Assembly: GCA_037305845.1 (NCBI GenBank)
Contig: CP147778.1
Coordinates: 1,632,001-1,696,000, forward strand
DNA length: 64,000 bases
Source of the DNA: Candidatus Freyarchaeum deiterrae
Lineage (GTDB): Archaea > Asgardarchaeota > Jordiarchaeia > Jordiarchaeales > Jordiarchaeaceae
Reading direction: 5' to 3'
Part shown: positions 10,100-19,331 of the stretch, in pieces
Layout: the number at the start of each line of letters is the position of its first letter
Position numbering within the stretch: position 1 is the first letter of the stretch
The notes under the pieces: model-generated
What the model saw: the letters and a program-made list of their open reading frames with translations, nothing else
Database searches by the model: none
Told to the model about the DNA's origin: nothing
Made by a program: the position numbers and the translations under genes

Positions 10100-11161
10100 A
10101 TGGAAGAAAAGTCTGGTGTTGTTGGTAAGCTTTATCCTGGTGTGGCTGAGGCTAGAAATGCTTATTATGAGCGTGTTGGATGGAAGTGGAATCCTTTTGC
10201 TAAGGTTCGCTTGAGCGACCCTGAACTCTTTGTTGCTTCTACCGATGTGATTTTAGAGATTGATGATTATATTAAGGCGAAGGAAAGGCATCTCCTAATT
10301 ACGAGTGAAGAACCTGGTATGGGTAAGACTATGCTTTTGGAGCTGATTTTTAATGATCTTATTCTGTTGTCTAAGCAGGAGAATAAAGAGTATTTGTTTA
10401 ATCCCATAGTGGTGAATCAGAGTAAATTGTTTGTGCGTCAGATGGGAGAGGTGATAGCGAAGAAGTTGGATATAAAATACACGAGTAAAATGAGTTCTGA
10501 GGATATTTACACGTTGATTAAGAAGGATATTATGACGCGTTTTCTTTTGACGAATTGGATGACTCTGATTTTTATTGATGATTTTGGTGATAATGATTCC
10601 GAGGTTTTTATTAAGCTTAAGGAGTTGGGTGATCTAACCCAGAAAGACGCTAATAATTATCTTTTTAACCAAGAATCTGATTTTAAGAAGTATGCTAGTT
10701 CTGCGAATTATCAATTATCTAAGGACAAATTGAATGAGCTGAAAAAAAACGCTTTGGATCCTGAAAGTAGGGATCAAATGATTTGTATGCTGATACTTAC
10801 TGGAACTAAATCTCATGCGTTGGGGCTAAAGACCGGGGTTCCTCATCTTTATGATCGTTGCTGGGAAATTGAACTCGACAGACTGGATAGAAAAAAGGTT
10901 CGGGAGCTTATTGGAAGAAGATTGTATTGGGCAGGTGGAAAACTGGCGAGTTTTAAAGAGGACAACTTTGAAACTTATCCCTTTGATGAGGACGCCATTT
11001 CTGTTTTGACGGAAAAGGCTCACGGCGTAGGGCGGGACCTACGTCTGCTTTGTAATCAGGCAGTGTTTGTTGCAGCTTCAAACTTGAAGGACGGGCGAAG
11101 CGAAAGGATTACCAAAGAGATAATCGAATCTTTGCCACCGGTAGAAAAATTAGTAGATTAA
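10100..11161 (+). CDS. Uncharacterised AAA+ ATPase (ExeA/AAA_22-like)
   Basis: ATG at 10100 after GAGGTGA; YYERVGWKWNPF, Walker A EEPGMGKT, Walker B LIFIDD, HLYDR, GVGRDLRLLC lid. Confidence 0.85.
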   Translation: MEEKSGVVGKLYPGVAEARNAYYERVGWKWNPFAKVRLSDPELFVASTDVILEIDDYIKAKERHLLITSEEPGMGKTMLLELIFNDLILLSKQENKEYLFNPIVVNQSKLFVRQMGEVIAKKLDIKYTSKMSSEDIYTLIKKDIMTRFLLTNWMTLIFIDDFGDNDSEVFIKLKELGDLTQKDANNYLFNQESDFKKYASSANYQLSKDKLNELKKNALDPESRDQMICMLILTGTKSHALGLKTGVPHLYDRCWEIELDRLDRKKVRELIGRRLYWAGGKLASFKEDNFETYPFDEDAISVLTEKAHGVGRDLRLLCNQAVFVAASNLKDGRSERITKEIIESLPPVEKLVD

Positions 11162-11168
11162 CTATAGT

Positions 11169-11280
11169 GATATCTAAAAGAGATATTTAATGAAACAATA
11201 ATGACCGATATCTTAATATTGACATCCTGATAATGATATCTTAATAATGATATCAAAAAATGGTTTCAGGAGTAGATATC
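11169..11280. repeat. GATATC-like array between AAA+ and RHH genes, overlapping RHH start codon
   Basis: GATATC 11169, GATATT 11182, GATATC 11207, GACATC 11221, GATATC 11235, 11249, GGTTTC 11262, GATATC 11275. Confidence 0.88.
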
Positions 11281-11727
11281 TTGCCTAGGCTTACTAAAAT
11301 CGCCGAGAAGGCGCGTGAACAAGAAGCTTTAAAGCAAGCGTCTGAGGATGCTTCTAAATCTCTTAGTACTGAAAACGTTGAAATTGCAAATTTAAAAACT
11401 TCAGATGCCATTGGTCGATTAACTGCGAGCGGTGGATTAGCTGGATTAGAGCACAGCCCCGAAGGCGTTAAGATTGTTGAGAAGATTGTTTATCGTTATG
11501 TAAGAAAGGATCCTGACACTCGGCTCGATACTAATTTTAATGTTAGAATGCCCAGTAACTACTTGGATTTTTTAAAAGGTAGATTTGGAGAAAGAGGCGC
11601 AACTGTTTTTTGTAGGATAGCAATTCTTGAGAAAATGGAGAAGGCTTTTTCAAAACCAGAGCTTGATCCTCTTAAGCTTTTTGAGTTATTGGATGAGCAA
11701 AAACAGAATCTCTCTCGAAAATCGTAA
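11260..11727 (+). CDS. Hypothetical protein with probable C-terminal ribbon-helix-helix DNA-binding domain
   Basis: TNFNVRMPSNYLDFLK...GATVFCRIAILEKME fits RHH strand-helix-helix pattern; extended N-terminus. Confidence 0.65.
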   Translation: MVSGVDILPRLTKIAEKAREQEALKQASEDASKSLSTENVEIANLKTSDAIGRLTASGGLAGLEHSPEGVKIVEKIVYRYVRKDPDTRLDTNFNVRMPSNYLDFLKGRFGERGATVFCRIAILEKMEKAFSKPELDPLKLFELLDEQKQNLSRKS

Positions 11728-11753
11728 ACATTTTTTTATTTTCCCTAATTTTT

Positions 11754-11785
11754 GATATCATTTTTTGGTATCTTTTTGTGCTATC
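11754..11785. repeat. GATATC-like array (3 units, 13-bp period)
   Basis: GATATC 11754, GGTATC 11767, GCTATC 11780. Confidence 0.7.
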
Positions 11786-11962
11786 TTATTTATTTTTGCA
11801 TTTATATAATTTGACAATTTGCTTTTTAGTATATTATATTTGCAGTATACTTTTCTGGAAATAGGAAATGAGAAAGCAATGGACGCTAGTCCTCGCTATA
11901 AAAGATTTGGTAGGTTACGAAAGAGATTGTATTGAAGAAAAAACTGAGGGATGTGATGCGTG

Positions 11963-12511
11963 TTACTCTTTTCGTCCGGTTAGGAAGAAGGGGTTTGCGT
12001 ATTTTTGGATCATGTCTAGTAGGTTTTTTTCTAGTATTTTGAGTGCCGCTTTTTTCTCTTTGGTTTGTTCCTTTTCGTGACTTAGTTCCATCTGCTCCAT
12101 GTAGTTGCTTATAATGTTGGACATGTCGAGATATGGATGTAAGCTTGGGCTATCCAGAATACCGACGTAGCCCAATAGCACGAGAGAGTATATTGCTTCT
12201 ATTAGGTTGGTACAGGCCTGTCCTAGAACTCTTCTAAAGGCGCCACGTGTAACCCCTTTTGTTTTTAATGGTGCGCGAAATTTACGCTTCTGGCTAGGCG
12301 CTCTTAAGAATCCTTTAATTTTATACTTTACAGGTTTGCCGGCGCCTTCATCCAGTAGGAAATTAATCATGAGGGTCTCAAATTGGACTGGCGTAATATT
12401 AGATGAACTGAGTAGTTTACTAACGATAGGATCTGCTAATATATTCTCAACATATTCCCGAACTTTCTCAATATCTCGCTTTTCTGAATCACTGTCATTT
12501 TTAGATAGCAT
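11963..12511 (-). CDS. Hypothetical protein, possible HTH, origin-flanking
   Basis: 182-aa ORF with GGGAG RBS; GVTRGAFRRVLGQA helix motif. Confidence 0.75.
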   Translation of the reverse strand: MLSKNDSDSEKRDIEKVREYVENILADPIVSKLLSSSNITPVQFETLMINFLLDEGAGKPVKYKIKGFLRAPSQKRKFRAPLKTKGVTRGAFRRVLGQACTNLIEAIYSLVLLGYVGILDSPSLHPYLDMSNIISNYMEQMELSHEKEQTKEKKAALKILEKNLLDMIQKYANPFFLTGRKE

Positions 12512-12547
12512 CTTATGCTCCCTTCTTTAAATTTTTATTATAGTAAT

Positions 12548-12579
12548 GATGTCACTAATTGATATCATTTCACGAAATC
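12548..12579. repeat. GATATC-like array (3 units, 13-bp period)
   Basis: GATGTC 12548, GATATC 12561, GAAATC 12574. Confidence 0.7.
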
Positions 12580-12581
12580 TT

Positions 12582-14897
12582 TTAGTTTTGAGCTGCGACT
12601 ATTGCTTGCCCGATGCTAACGCCTGCGTCTCCTGGAGGAGTTTTTTGGTGCTGAATGAATTTTAGGTTATTTTCTTTTACTAGTTTGCTTATTATCTTGT
12701 TTATGGCTTCGTTGTATGCTACACCGCCCGTAAATCCTATAGTTTTTATTCCTGTTTTCTCCGCTGCTATTATTGCCATTTGTGCTAGCCCTTCTGCGAA
12801 TGCTCTTTGGCCTGAAGCTGCTAGGTCTTGGATTTTGTGCTGATTTATTTTTTCTAGAATGTCATTTAATAGTTTTGTAGTGTCGAATATATGCACGCCA
12901 TTTTGTTTGATTATTTCTGGGGTGATTCTTATGGAATCGTTGCCTTTCGCAGCCATTGATTCCAGTCTTATGGATGGTTCTCCTTCGTATGTTTTTTCTA
13001 GACAAATTTTTAGTAGTGCCGAGATTGCGTCTAGAACTCTCCCTGAGCTAGTAGTTGTGATGTAATCTTTTTTTCTTAAAATATTAAGAACTGCTTCCAT
13101 CTCCTGTTTGCCGTATTTAAATCCATCTAGATAGTTCTTAACTAGCATTTCTCTGAGTTCGTCTTCTGGTATTGCATCGCTGAGTATTGCGGTTAACATG
13201 CGTGTGGGGTATTTAGTACTAACATCCCCCCCTGGCATAGGTTGCGATTTTAGGTGTGCTAGTCTTTCTATGGAATTGTATGAGGTAAGCAGAATTTCGC
13301 CACCCCATATTGTTCCATCTAGTCCGTATCCTACTCCGTCGCTGGCTATGCATATTATTGGCTCCTCGATGTTGTTTTCAGCCATTAGTTTTGCTGCGTG
13401 GGCATGATGGTGTTGAACTCTTACCAATTGAATATTGTGAGAATCCGCGAATTCTTCCGCGTATCTTGTGGTGTAAAAATCAGGATGCAAATCACAAGCA
13501 ATCAAGTCGGGTTCTACGAGAGTTAATTTCAACATTTGATTGACTACACTTTTGTGGAATTCTATGGTTTCTAGGTCTCCTGATAAGTTTCCTATATGTT
13601 GGCTTGGAAAGCATCTGTTCCTTTTCATTACAGTTATAGTTGCAGTTAGTTCAGGGCCTACTGCTAAAATGCCTTGTCCTTTATACTCTATGATTGTGTC
13701 TATTGGTTCTGGTACATAACCTCGGGATCTGCGGATAATTTTTGGATTGCCGTCAATTATTCTTATAACGGAGTCGTCACACCTCTGATAGATTTCTCTG
13801 TTATGCAGTAAGAAGAAATCAGCGAGATGCGCTAATTGTGAAATTATCTCATTATTTGACGTCGCCATAGGGTTGTCTGTCAAGTTGCCACTTGTCATCA
13901 CAATAGCTGGATCATTAATTTGTTGAAGAATTAGGTTGTGAAGTCCAGAGTATGGAAGCATTACGCCGACATTGTGAAGCCCGGGGCTTATCTCCTCGGA
14001 TAGGTTGTAGTTTTCAGATTTTTTGAGTAAAACTATTGGGCGTCTAAACGAAGTAATCATATCTTCTTCATATTCATTTACAAAGGCATATTCTCGGACT
14101 TTATCAAGGTTTAGAGACATTATTGCGAAAGGTTTGTATTTTCTCTTTCCTTTTCGTCTGCGTAATTCTAGTATGCATTCGTCGTTGGTTGTTAGGGTAG
14201 CTAGATGGGTGCCACCGATTCCTTTTATCGCTAGAATCCTTCCCTCCTCAATTAAATTTGCAGTTTCTTTTATAGGATTCTCACAATTTACAGTATTACC
14301 GTTTTTGTCATAAAGAGTTAATTTCGGCCCACATATCGGGCAGCAAATACCTTGAGCATGATATCTTCTGTCTAGGGGGTTCTTATATTCCTGATTACAG
14401 TACGTGCATAAAGGGAACTTGCTCATGGTGGTTCTCATTCTATCATATGGTAACTCAATAATTGAAGTGAACCTAGGACCGCAGTCCACGCAACATGTAA
14501 AAGCATAGTTATAATGGCGGTCCGCCGGATTAAGGATGTCATTTAGGCAATTGCCACAGATTGAAATGTCGGGAGGAATATATGAACTTTTTAGAGTGCC
14601 TTCCTTTGAGCTTTTTCTGATATTGAAAGTTTTAAAGCGCCCTTGGTACCGTTTCCAATTTACATCTATTTTTTCATATCTAGCCATGGGCGGTTTTTCT
14701 TTTTCCAAATCTTGAATAAAGTTCTCTATCGCACTTCTCTCCCCTTCAACTACGATGCGAACCCCTGCGTCGCCAAGGTTAAGAACATATCCAGTAAGCC
14801 CCCACTTAACCGCAATTCTATAAACAAAAGGCCTCATCCCAACTCCTTGTACAATACCACTGCAGTTAATTTCACAAGAAGCTTTCAAGAAAATCAA
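12582..14897 (-). CDS. hypF: Carbamoyltransferase HypF ([NiFe]-hydrogenase maturation)
   Basis: GIVQGVGMRPFVY acylphosphatase domain, two CxxC zinc fingers, QHHHAH, DGVGYG, PPGDAGVSIGQ. Confidence 0.96.
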   Translation of the reverse strand: MIFLKASCEINCSGIVQGVGMRPFVYRIAVKWGLTGYVLNLGDAGVRIVVEGERSAIENFIQDLEKEKPPMARYEKIDVNWKRYQGRFKTFNIRKSSKEGTLKSSYIPPDISICGNCLNDILNPADRHYNYAFTCCVDCGPRFTSIIELPYDRMRTTMSKFPLCTYCNQEYKNPLDRRYHAQGICCPICGPKLTLYDKNGNTVNCENPIKETANLIEEGRILAIKGIGGTHLATLTTNDECILELRRRKGKRKYKPFAIMSLNLDKVREYAFVNEYEEDMITSFRRPIVLLKKSENYNLSEEISPGLHNVGVMLPYSGLHNLILQQINDPAIVMTSGNLTDNPMATSNNEIISQLAHLADFFLLHNREIYQRCDDSVIRIIDGNPKIIRRSRGYVPEPIDTIIEYKGQGILAVGPELTATITVMKRNRCFPSQHIGNLSGDLETIEFHKSVVNQMLKLTLVEPDLIACDLHPDFYTTRYAEEFADSHNIQLVRVQHHHAHAAKLMAENNIEEPIICIASDGVGYGLDGTIWGGEILLTSYNSIERLAHLKSQPMPGGDVSTKYPTRMLTAILSDAIPEDELREMLVKNYLDGFKYGKQEMEAVLNILRKKDYITTTSSGRVLDAISALLKICLEKTYEGEPSIRLESMAAKGNDSIRITPEIIKQNGVHIFDTTKLLNDILEKINQHKIQDLAASGQRAFAEGLAQMAIIAAEKTGIKTIGFTGGVAYNEAINKIISKLVKENNLKFIQHQKTPPGDAGVSIGQAIVAAQN

Positions 14898-15160
14898 CCG
14901 TTTAATTTAATTTCAATTTAATCTTAATTTTTATTAATTCTCCAATTTTAGAGCATTACTAGAATTATATAATTTTTCTCGGTTGCTAGACCGCTAAATC
15001 TTTTATTATCTTTTTGAGCTTCCCTTTCTAGAGAATTATAGAGAGGTCTTTATCATGCCTAACGAACGACAAAGGTGAAATTAATATTCTCATGAGTAAT
15101 ATTCTTAAGGGTAATATTCCAAATATGTTTAGAGTTATCTTTTATTAGGGTGGGTTTAAT

Positions 15161-15715
15161 TTGTTTCGACTTCCAACTCCAGAAGATGTTAAAAAACTTA
15201 GGAAAAAGGTGGGTCTAACACAAACTGAATTGGCAGAAAAGGCAAGTGTAAGTCAATCTCTTATAGCTAGAATAGAAAGCGGCTCAGTGGATCCCCGCTT
15301 ATCTACACTACAAAAAATTTTGAATGCCATGCAAATAGCGGATGAGGGATCCTTAACTGCAAAAGACATTATGTTTTCTCCAGTCGTAACAATAGATTCA
15401 GATGCACAGATTCTTGAAGCCACCGAATTAATGAGAAATAAAGACATTTCCCAGCTTCCTGTTGTTAAACAGGGGCGGCCAGTAGGAAGTGTAAATGACC
15501 AGATCATAGTTCAGCATCTGTCCAACGGGCAACAAATTTTCCAGAAGAAGGTAGAGGAAATAATGGAAGAAGCTTTTCCCAGTGTAAGCCCATCAACTAA
15601 GGTAGAAATTATACACCAATTACTCGCAAGAGGCCACCCAGCTGTATTAGTGACAGACAAGGGCGCAATTGTAGGAATTGTTACAAAAATAGATTTAATA
15701 TCAGGCGCAAGATAA
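15161..15715 (+). CDS. XRE-HTH plus CBS-pair transcriptional regulator
   Basis: GLTQTELAEKASVSQSLIARIESG plus two CBS domains. Confidence 0.92.
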   Translation: MFRLPTPEDVKKLRKKVGLTQTELAEKASVSQSLIARIESGSVDPRLSTLQKILNAMQIADEGSLTAKDIMFSPVVTIDSDAQILEATELMRNKDISQLPVVKQGRPVGSVNDQIIVQHLSNGQQIFQKKVEEIMEEAFPSVSPSTKVEIIHQLLARGHPAVLVTDKGAIVGIVTKIDLISGAR

Positions 15716-15847
15716 AACCCAATTCAGATACCAAAATCAAAAATTTATACGATATTTTGTTCCTTAAAAAAAGAAAAAACAACAAATTAATATATGGGTT
15801 AATTCTTAAACCAAGTCTTGAAAAAATTATAAAATCAAAATATTTTT

Positions 15848-16026
15848 GCAGGGTTAGCCAAGATTCCACATAGTTTTGTGTGGAATGGGAACGGTACGGC
15901 GGTAGAAACAGCCTCTATTATGAGATGTTGCAGAAGCTCGAGATCACCTATGGCCAATAAAGTGGGTCAGAACGTGAAACTTACTGGCGGGTTTCCGCCG
16001 CGTGAGTTCAAATCTCACACCCTGCG
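15848..16026 (+). tRNA. tRNA-Ser(CGA) with three introns (15/16, ~30/31, 37/38)
   Basis: Acceptor GCAGGGT/ACCCTGC+G73, long variable arm GGCGG-GTTT-CCGCC, T arm GTGAG-TTCAAAT-CTCAC; introns 15863-15891, 15906-15935, 15943-15978; loop CT CGA GA. Confidence 0.85.
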
Positions 16027-16088
16027 CTTACAAACAATATCAAATATGGGTAGGTATTCTTTTTGGAGACTATTTTACTTCGGTGTTT

Positions 16089-16120
16089 GTAATCTTTTTT
16101 CGATATCAAAAAAAGATATC
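16089..16120. repeat. GATATC-like array (3 units, 13-bp period)
   Basis: GTAATC 16089, GATATC 16102, 16115. Confidence 0.75.
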
Positions 16121-16220
16121 TGAATGCGGTGTGTTTTCCTCTCATCCTGCGTTTTTGCTTTTCAAAGTAGGCTTGTAATTATTTTTTGGCGCCTTTTAGA
16201 CATTTATTCCCAAAGATATG

Positions 16221-16718
16221 TTACCCCAGTAGGTACCCCAGTTTTTTTACAAGGTCTCTTCTTTCTTGTCTTTGTTTTTCGTTTTCGATGGCGGTCACTT
16301 TTTGGCCGTCGACTGCACCAAGTATTGCTCTACCGAGCGAAGTTTCTGCTAAAATTATCTGAACCGGATTCGCTGATGCTACTGTGATGTTGCAAACTGT
16401 GGCTACGTTTTTTAAGGCTCCTAAAACATGTATTGGGTAAGCGTTCGTCATTAGAATAACGAATGCGTGGGATGCTCCGATTGCTAGTGCGTTTTTCGCT
16501 GCGAGTTTGGCTAATCTATCATCGTTTCCATTGAATCTTACCAATTTTGGGACTGCTTCATTCATCGCGACTCCAAATTTAATACCCGGAGCCGCTGCGA
16601 CAATTTCCCTGAAAAGATAGTCAACAGTATAAATAGAAAAATTAGCCATACCGCAAATAAACTGGTCATCTTTTTCTTTCTCGATATCCAACGTTATTAT
16701 TTTAATATCCTGAGCCAT
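16221..16718 (-). CDS. Adenosine-specific kinase family (DUF355) protein
   Basis: PGIKFGVAMNEA, NAYPIHVL, ASANPVQII, GRAILGAVDG, ERRDLVKKLGY. Confidence 0.85.
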   Translation of the reverse strand: MAQDIKIITLDIEKEKDDQFICGMANFSIYTVDYLFREIVAAAPGIKFGVAMNEAVPKLVRFNGNDDRLAKLAAKNALAIGASHAFVILMTNAYPIHVLGALKNVATVCNITVASANPVQIILAETSLGRAILGAVDGQKVTAIENEKQRQERRDLVKKLGYLLG

Positions 16719-16899
16719 ATTATCACCAACACTTTTATCTCTTTAAGAATTTCAAATTCTAAACTCCTCTAATATAAACTGTCACAAAAAAACTTTATGT
16801 TTGTGATATTTGAGTTGTAAAAATAAAATTTTTATCGGTAACAGTAATTAACATTTTTTATCGATTTTGTGGTGTCTCTGGTAATGTTTATTAACTGAG

Positions 16900-18189
16900 T
16901 TAGTATGAAATTTTTGCACTGTAAGGTAGTCCTAGGACTTTTTCTGTTGCTTTTGCTACTGCTTCCCTATTATCCTTATCCGTGTATACTCTTATAATAT
17001 TTAGAAAGCCTTTCATAACTTCAACTATGTTAGAAACTTCTGATAGACTGCGTGGTACTTTTTCACCTTCTTGTGTTACTTGAAATATAGGGATTTCCAT
17101 TGGTTCTAGACTTATTGAATGATGGTACGGCACGGAGGGCAGTGTTGGTACATCTATGTAGACTTTTTCTCTTTCAACTCCTGCCTTTTCCGCAACTTCT
17201 CCTTCTATTTCGTGGCGTATTTTATCTTTGGTTATAATTGTTGAGAAAGCTTCATCCTTCGCAAAAGAGATTCTTTCGTACGCGACCTTTAGCAACTTTC
17301 TATTTTTCAAACAATTAATTATCTCTTTTGAAGCCTCACATTGTTCTAACATTGTCCACATAGTATAATCGTCTAACTTCAAGTAGTCGTATACCGATTC
17401 AAAGTTCATGAATTCTAATTGTTCATTTGCTTTCTCCATAGCTGTTTCTAGCATGATTTGAGCGGCACGAGAAGCTTTGTGGAAATAAATTGTTTTAAAA
17501 AGTTCTAAACGAGCAACAAAAAAAGTTTCTAGAGTAGATATGGAATTCAAATTTACTGCGAGGTTTTCGTCTAAAAGATCCATAGTGTAAATCAAACGAA
17601 AAATATCAATAGAACCAAAATCGCCACCAGTATGATAACTATCCCTCAGGCAGTAATCAAATTTATCCACATCTACCGCACTAGAAATAATTTGATCCAA
17701 AAACAATCTATTTTTTTCCTCCAGTTTTCCAACAGCTAGCCTAGCAATCTTCTCAGTATCTAAACCCAAAGTGCTTATTATATCATTTAATTCAGAGTTT
17801 CTAATCATCCAAGAGGTGAAATCCTCGTGGGTCTTTTCTAAATGCCTTAATAATAAAGCTTCAAAAATGTGCGAATAAGGCCCGTGACCGACATCATGCA
17901 ATAGACTTGCGATTTTTGCCATTGTTATTTCTAAGGGGTCGATCTCAACTTTTTGTGCGAGAGAATTTAATAATTGCTCTGCTAGGTACATGGTTCCTAA
18001 AGAGTGTTCGAATCTTGTATGCACTCCTGCTGGATAAACGTATTCGCTTCCTGCTAATTGTCTTATGCGCCGTAGTCTTTGGACGGGTTCGGCGTCAATT
18101 ATTTTTTTCTCGTCATATGAAATGTTTATGTAGCCAAAAATTGGGTCTTTAATGAATGACCATTTCCCCTTTTTTCTATTTTCTATCAT
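16900..18189 (-). CDS. HD-domain phosphohydrolase (dNTPase/SAMHD1-like)
   Basis: IKDPIFG, QRLRRIRQL, HTRFEHSLG, LLHDVGHGPYSH, DVDKFDY; ATG at 18189 preferred (GGGGA upstream), ORF extends to 18222. Confidence 0.92.
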   Translation of the reverse strand: MIENRKKGKWSFIKDPIFGYINISYDEKKIIDAEPVQRLRRIRQLAGSEYVYPAGVHTRFEHSLGTMYLAEQLLNSLAQKVEIDPLEITMAKIASLLHDVGHGPYSHIFEALLLRHLEKTHEDFTSWMIRNSELNDIISTLGLDTEKIARLAVGKLEEKNRLFLDQIISSAVDVDKFDYCLRDSYHTGGDFGSIDIFRLIYTMDLLDENLAVNLNSISTLETFFVARLELFKTIYFHKASRAAQIMLETAMEKANEQLEFMNFESVYDYLKLDDYTMWTMLEQCEASKEIINCLKNRKLLKVAYERISFAKDEAFSTIITKDKIRHEIEGEVAEKAGVEREKVYIDVPTLPSVPYHHSISLEPMEIPIFQVTQEGEKVPRSLSEVSNIVEVMKGFLNIIRVYTDKDNREAVAKATEKVLGLPYSAKISY

Positions 18190-18600
18190 TCTAAATCCCC
18201 TATTCTGTATTACTTTATGCATAATGTTACTTTATAATTTTGATAGATGTATTCCGAATCTTCTCTAATAACTTTTCTATTATATCTCTGGATTTATAAG
18301 CCAAATGCTTTTTCTCACATTAATACTTGACTTTTTGGGTTGTTTCTTCGTGTTTTATACATATTTGAGGTATAGGTGTAAATTGTAGTTGGGCTGACTT
18401 CCATAATTTTCGGAATTTTATTTTTTTATTCTCAGTAATCGCGTATTAGAAACCAGTCTACCCTTTCATCCGCTAAGATTGGAAAAAATAAAACCCCCAC
18501 GAAAATATGGAAAATACCATAATTAAAATAAGAAATGAGAAGCCATAAAATGCTTCATGAAAAATTAGGCTAATAACCTCTCAACTAATATTTTTGAGAT

Positions 18601-18909
18601 TTATAAAAGTTCGACTTCAATATAAACATCTTCGGGTACACGGATACGCATAATCTGCCTTAATGTTCTTTCATCAGCGTCAAGATCAATCAATCTCTTG
18701 TGAATCCTTATTTCCCACCTTTCCCAAGTGGCATTACCCTCACCACTGGGGCTTTTACGGACAGGGACTCTTAGCCTCTTAGTGGGAAGAGGAACTGGAC
18801 CGGACATTCGAATTCCGGTTTTCTGAGTAATATTCTTAACCTGATTGCAAACCGTGTCCAACTTTGAAGGATTAGTACCGGAGAGTCTGATTCTAGCCTT
18901 TTGTACCAT
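18601..18909 (-). CDS. rps10: 30S ribosomal protein S10 (uS10)
   Basis: [30 protein letters not shown]. Confidence 0.97.
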   Translation of the reverse strand: MVQKARIRLSGTNPSKLDTVCNQVKNITQKTGIRMSGPVPLPTKRLRVPVRKSPSGEGNATWERWEIRIHKRLIDLDADERTLRQIMRIRVPEDVYIEVELL

Positions 18910-19331
18910 TGTTTATTCGTCCAGAATATTTTTTCCACATGTAATTGCAAAGCCTTCATAAAATTTGAAGCTTAAAAAACTTTTCCCCAAATTCAATTTT
19001 CGGCAAAGTACTTCAGCAGGGGGGACTTTCAATAAGTAATTCTTTTTTTAAAAGATAAGAATTCTCTACAAATGTGTCTGGTTTCGAGCTTTTTTTGAGC
19101 GAATTATTCTTAAATTTTTAAGGTTCATTTATTGGATTGGGGTAATAACCCAAAATTAAGAGAATTTTCTTCTAAAAATGCTGGATTTTTTAAAGGGGAC
19201 GACGCGTTGTTAAACGTTCTGTGGCGTTTATAGAAGGAACTAATAGTAAAGTATGCTAAATGAGTAGAATAATCTTTTAGAAAAAGAAAAGTTTAAGAGG
19301 GATTAATACACATTTTTGTTCGCAAAGGGTT

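Noticed and set aside
10100-11727. AAA+ gene as TniB/TnsC of a transposon or as a secretion ATPase
   Set aside because: No transposase, integrase, terminal repeats or secretion genes nearby; not fully excluded without a homology search.
15936-15984. Alternative splicing to give anticodon TGA (CT|TGA AA)
   Set aside because: It would need a 33/34 junction with no BHB support; the canonical 37/38 junction giving CGA fits better.
4680-16120. CRISPR array or cas locus (repeats plus Cas2-like ORF)
   Set aside because: Units are 6-bp words with 7-bp spacers, not 25-40-bp repeats with unique spacers; no cas1 or other cas genes.
15878-16387. ORFs 15878-16123, 16124-16387 (and 19419-19610)
   Set aside because: They overlap tRNA genes or lie antisense to real genes, with no recognisable motifs.
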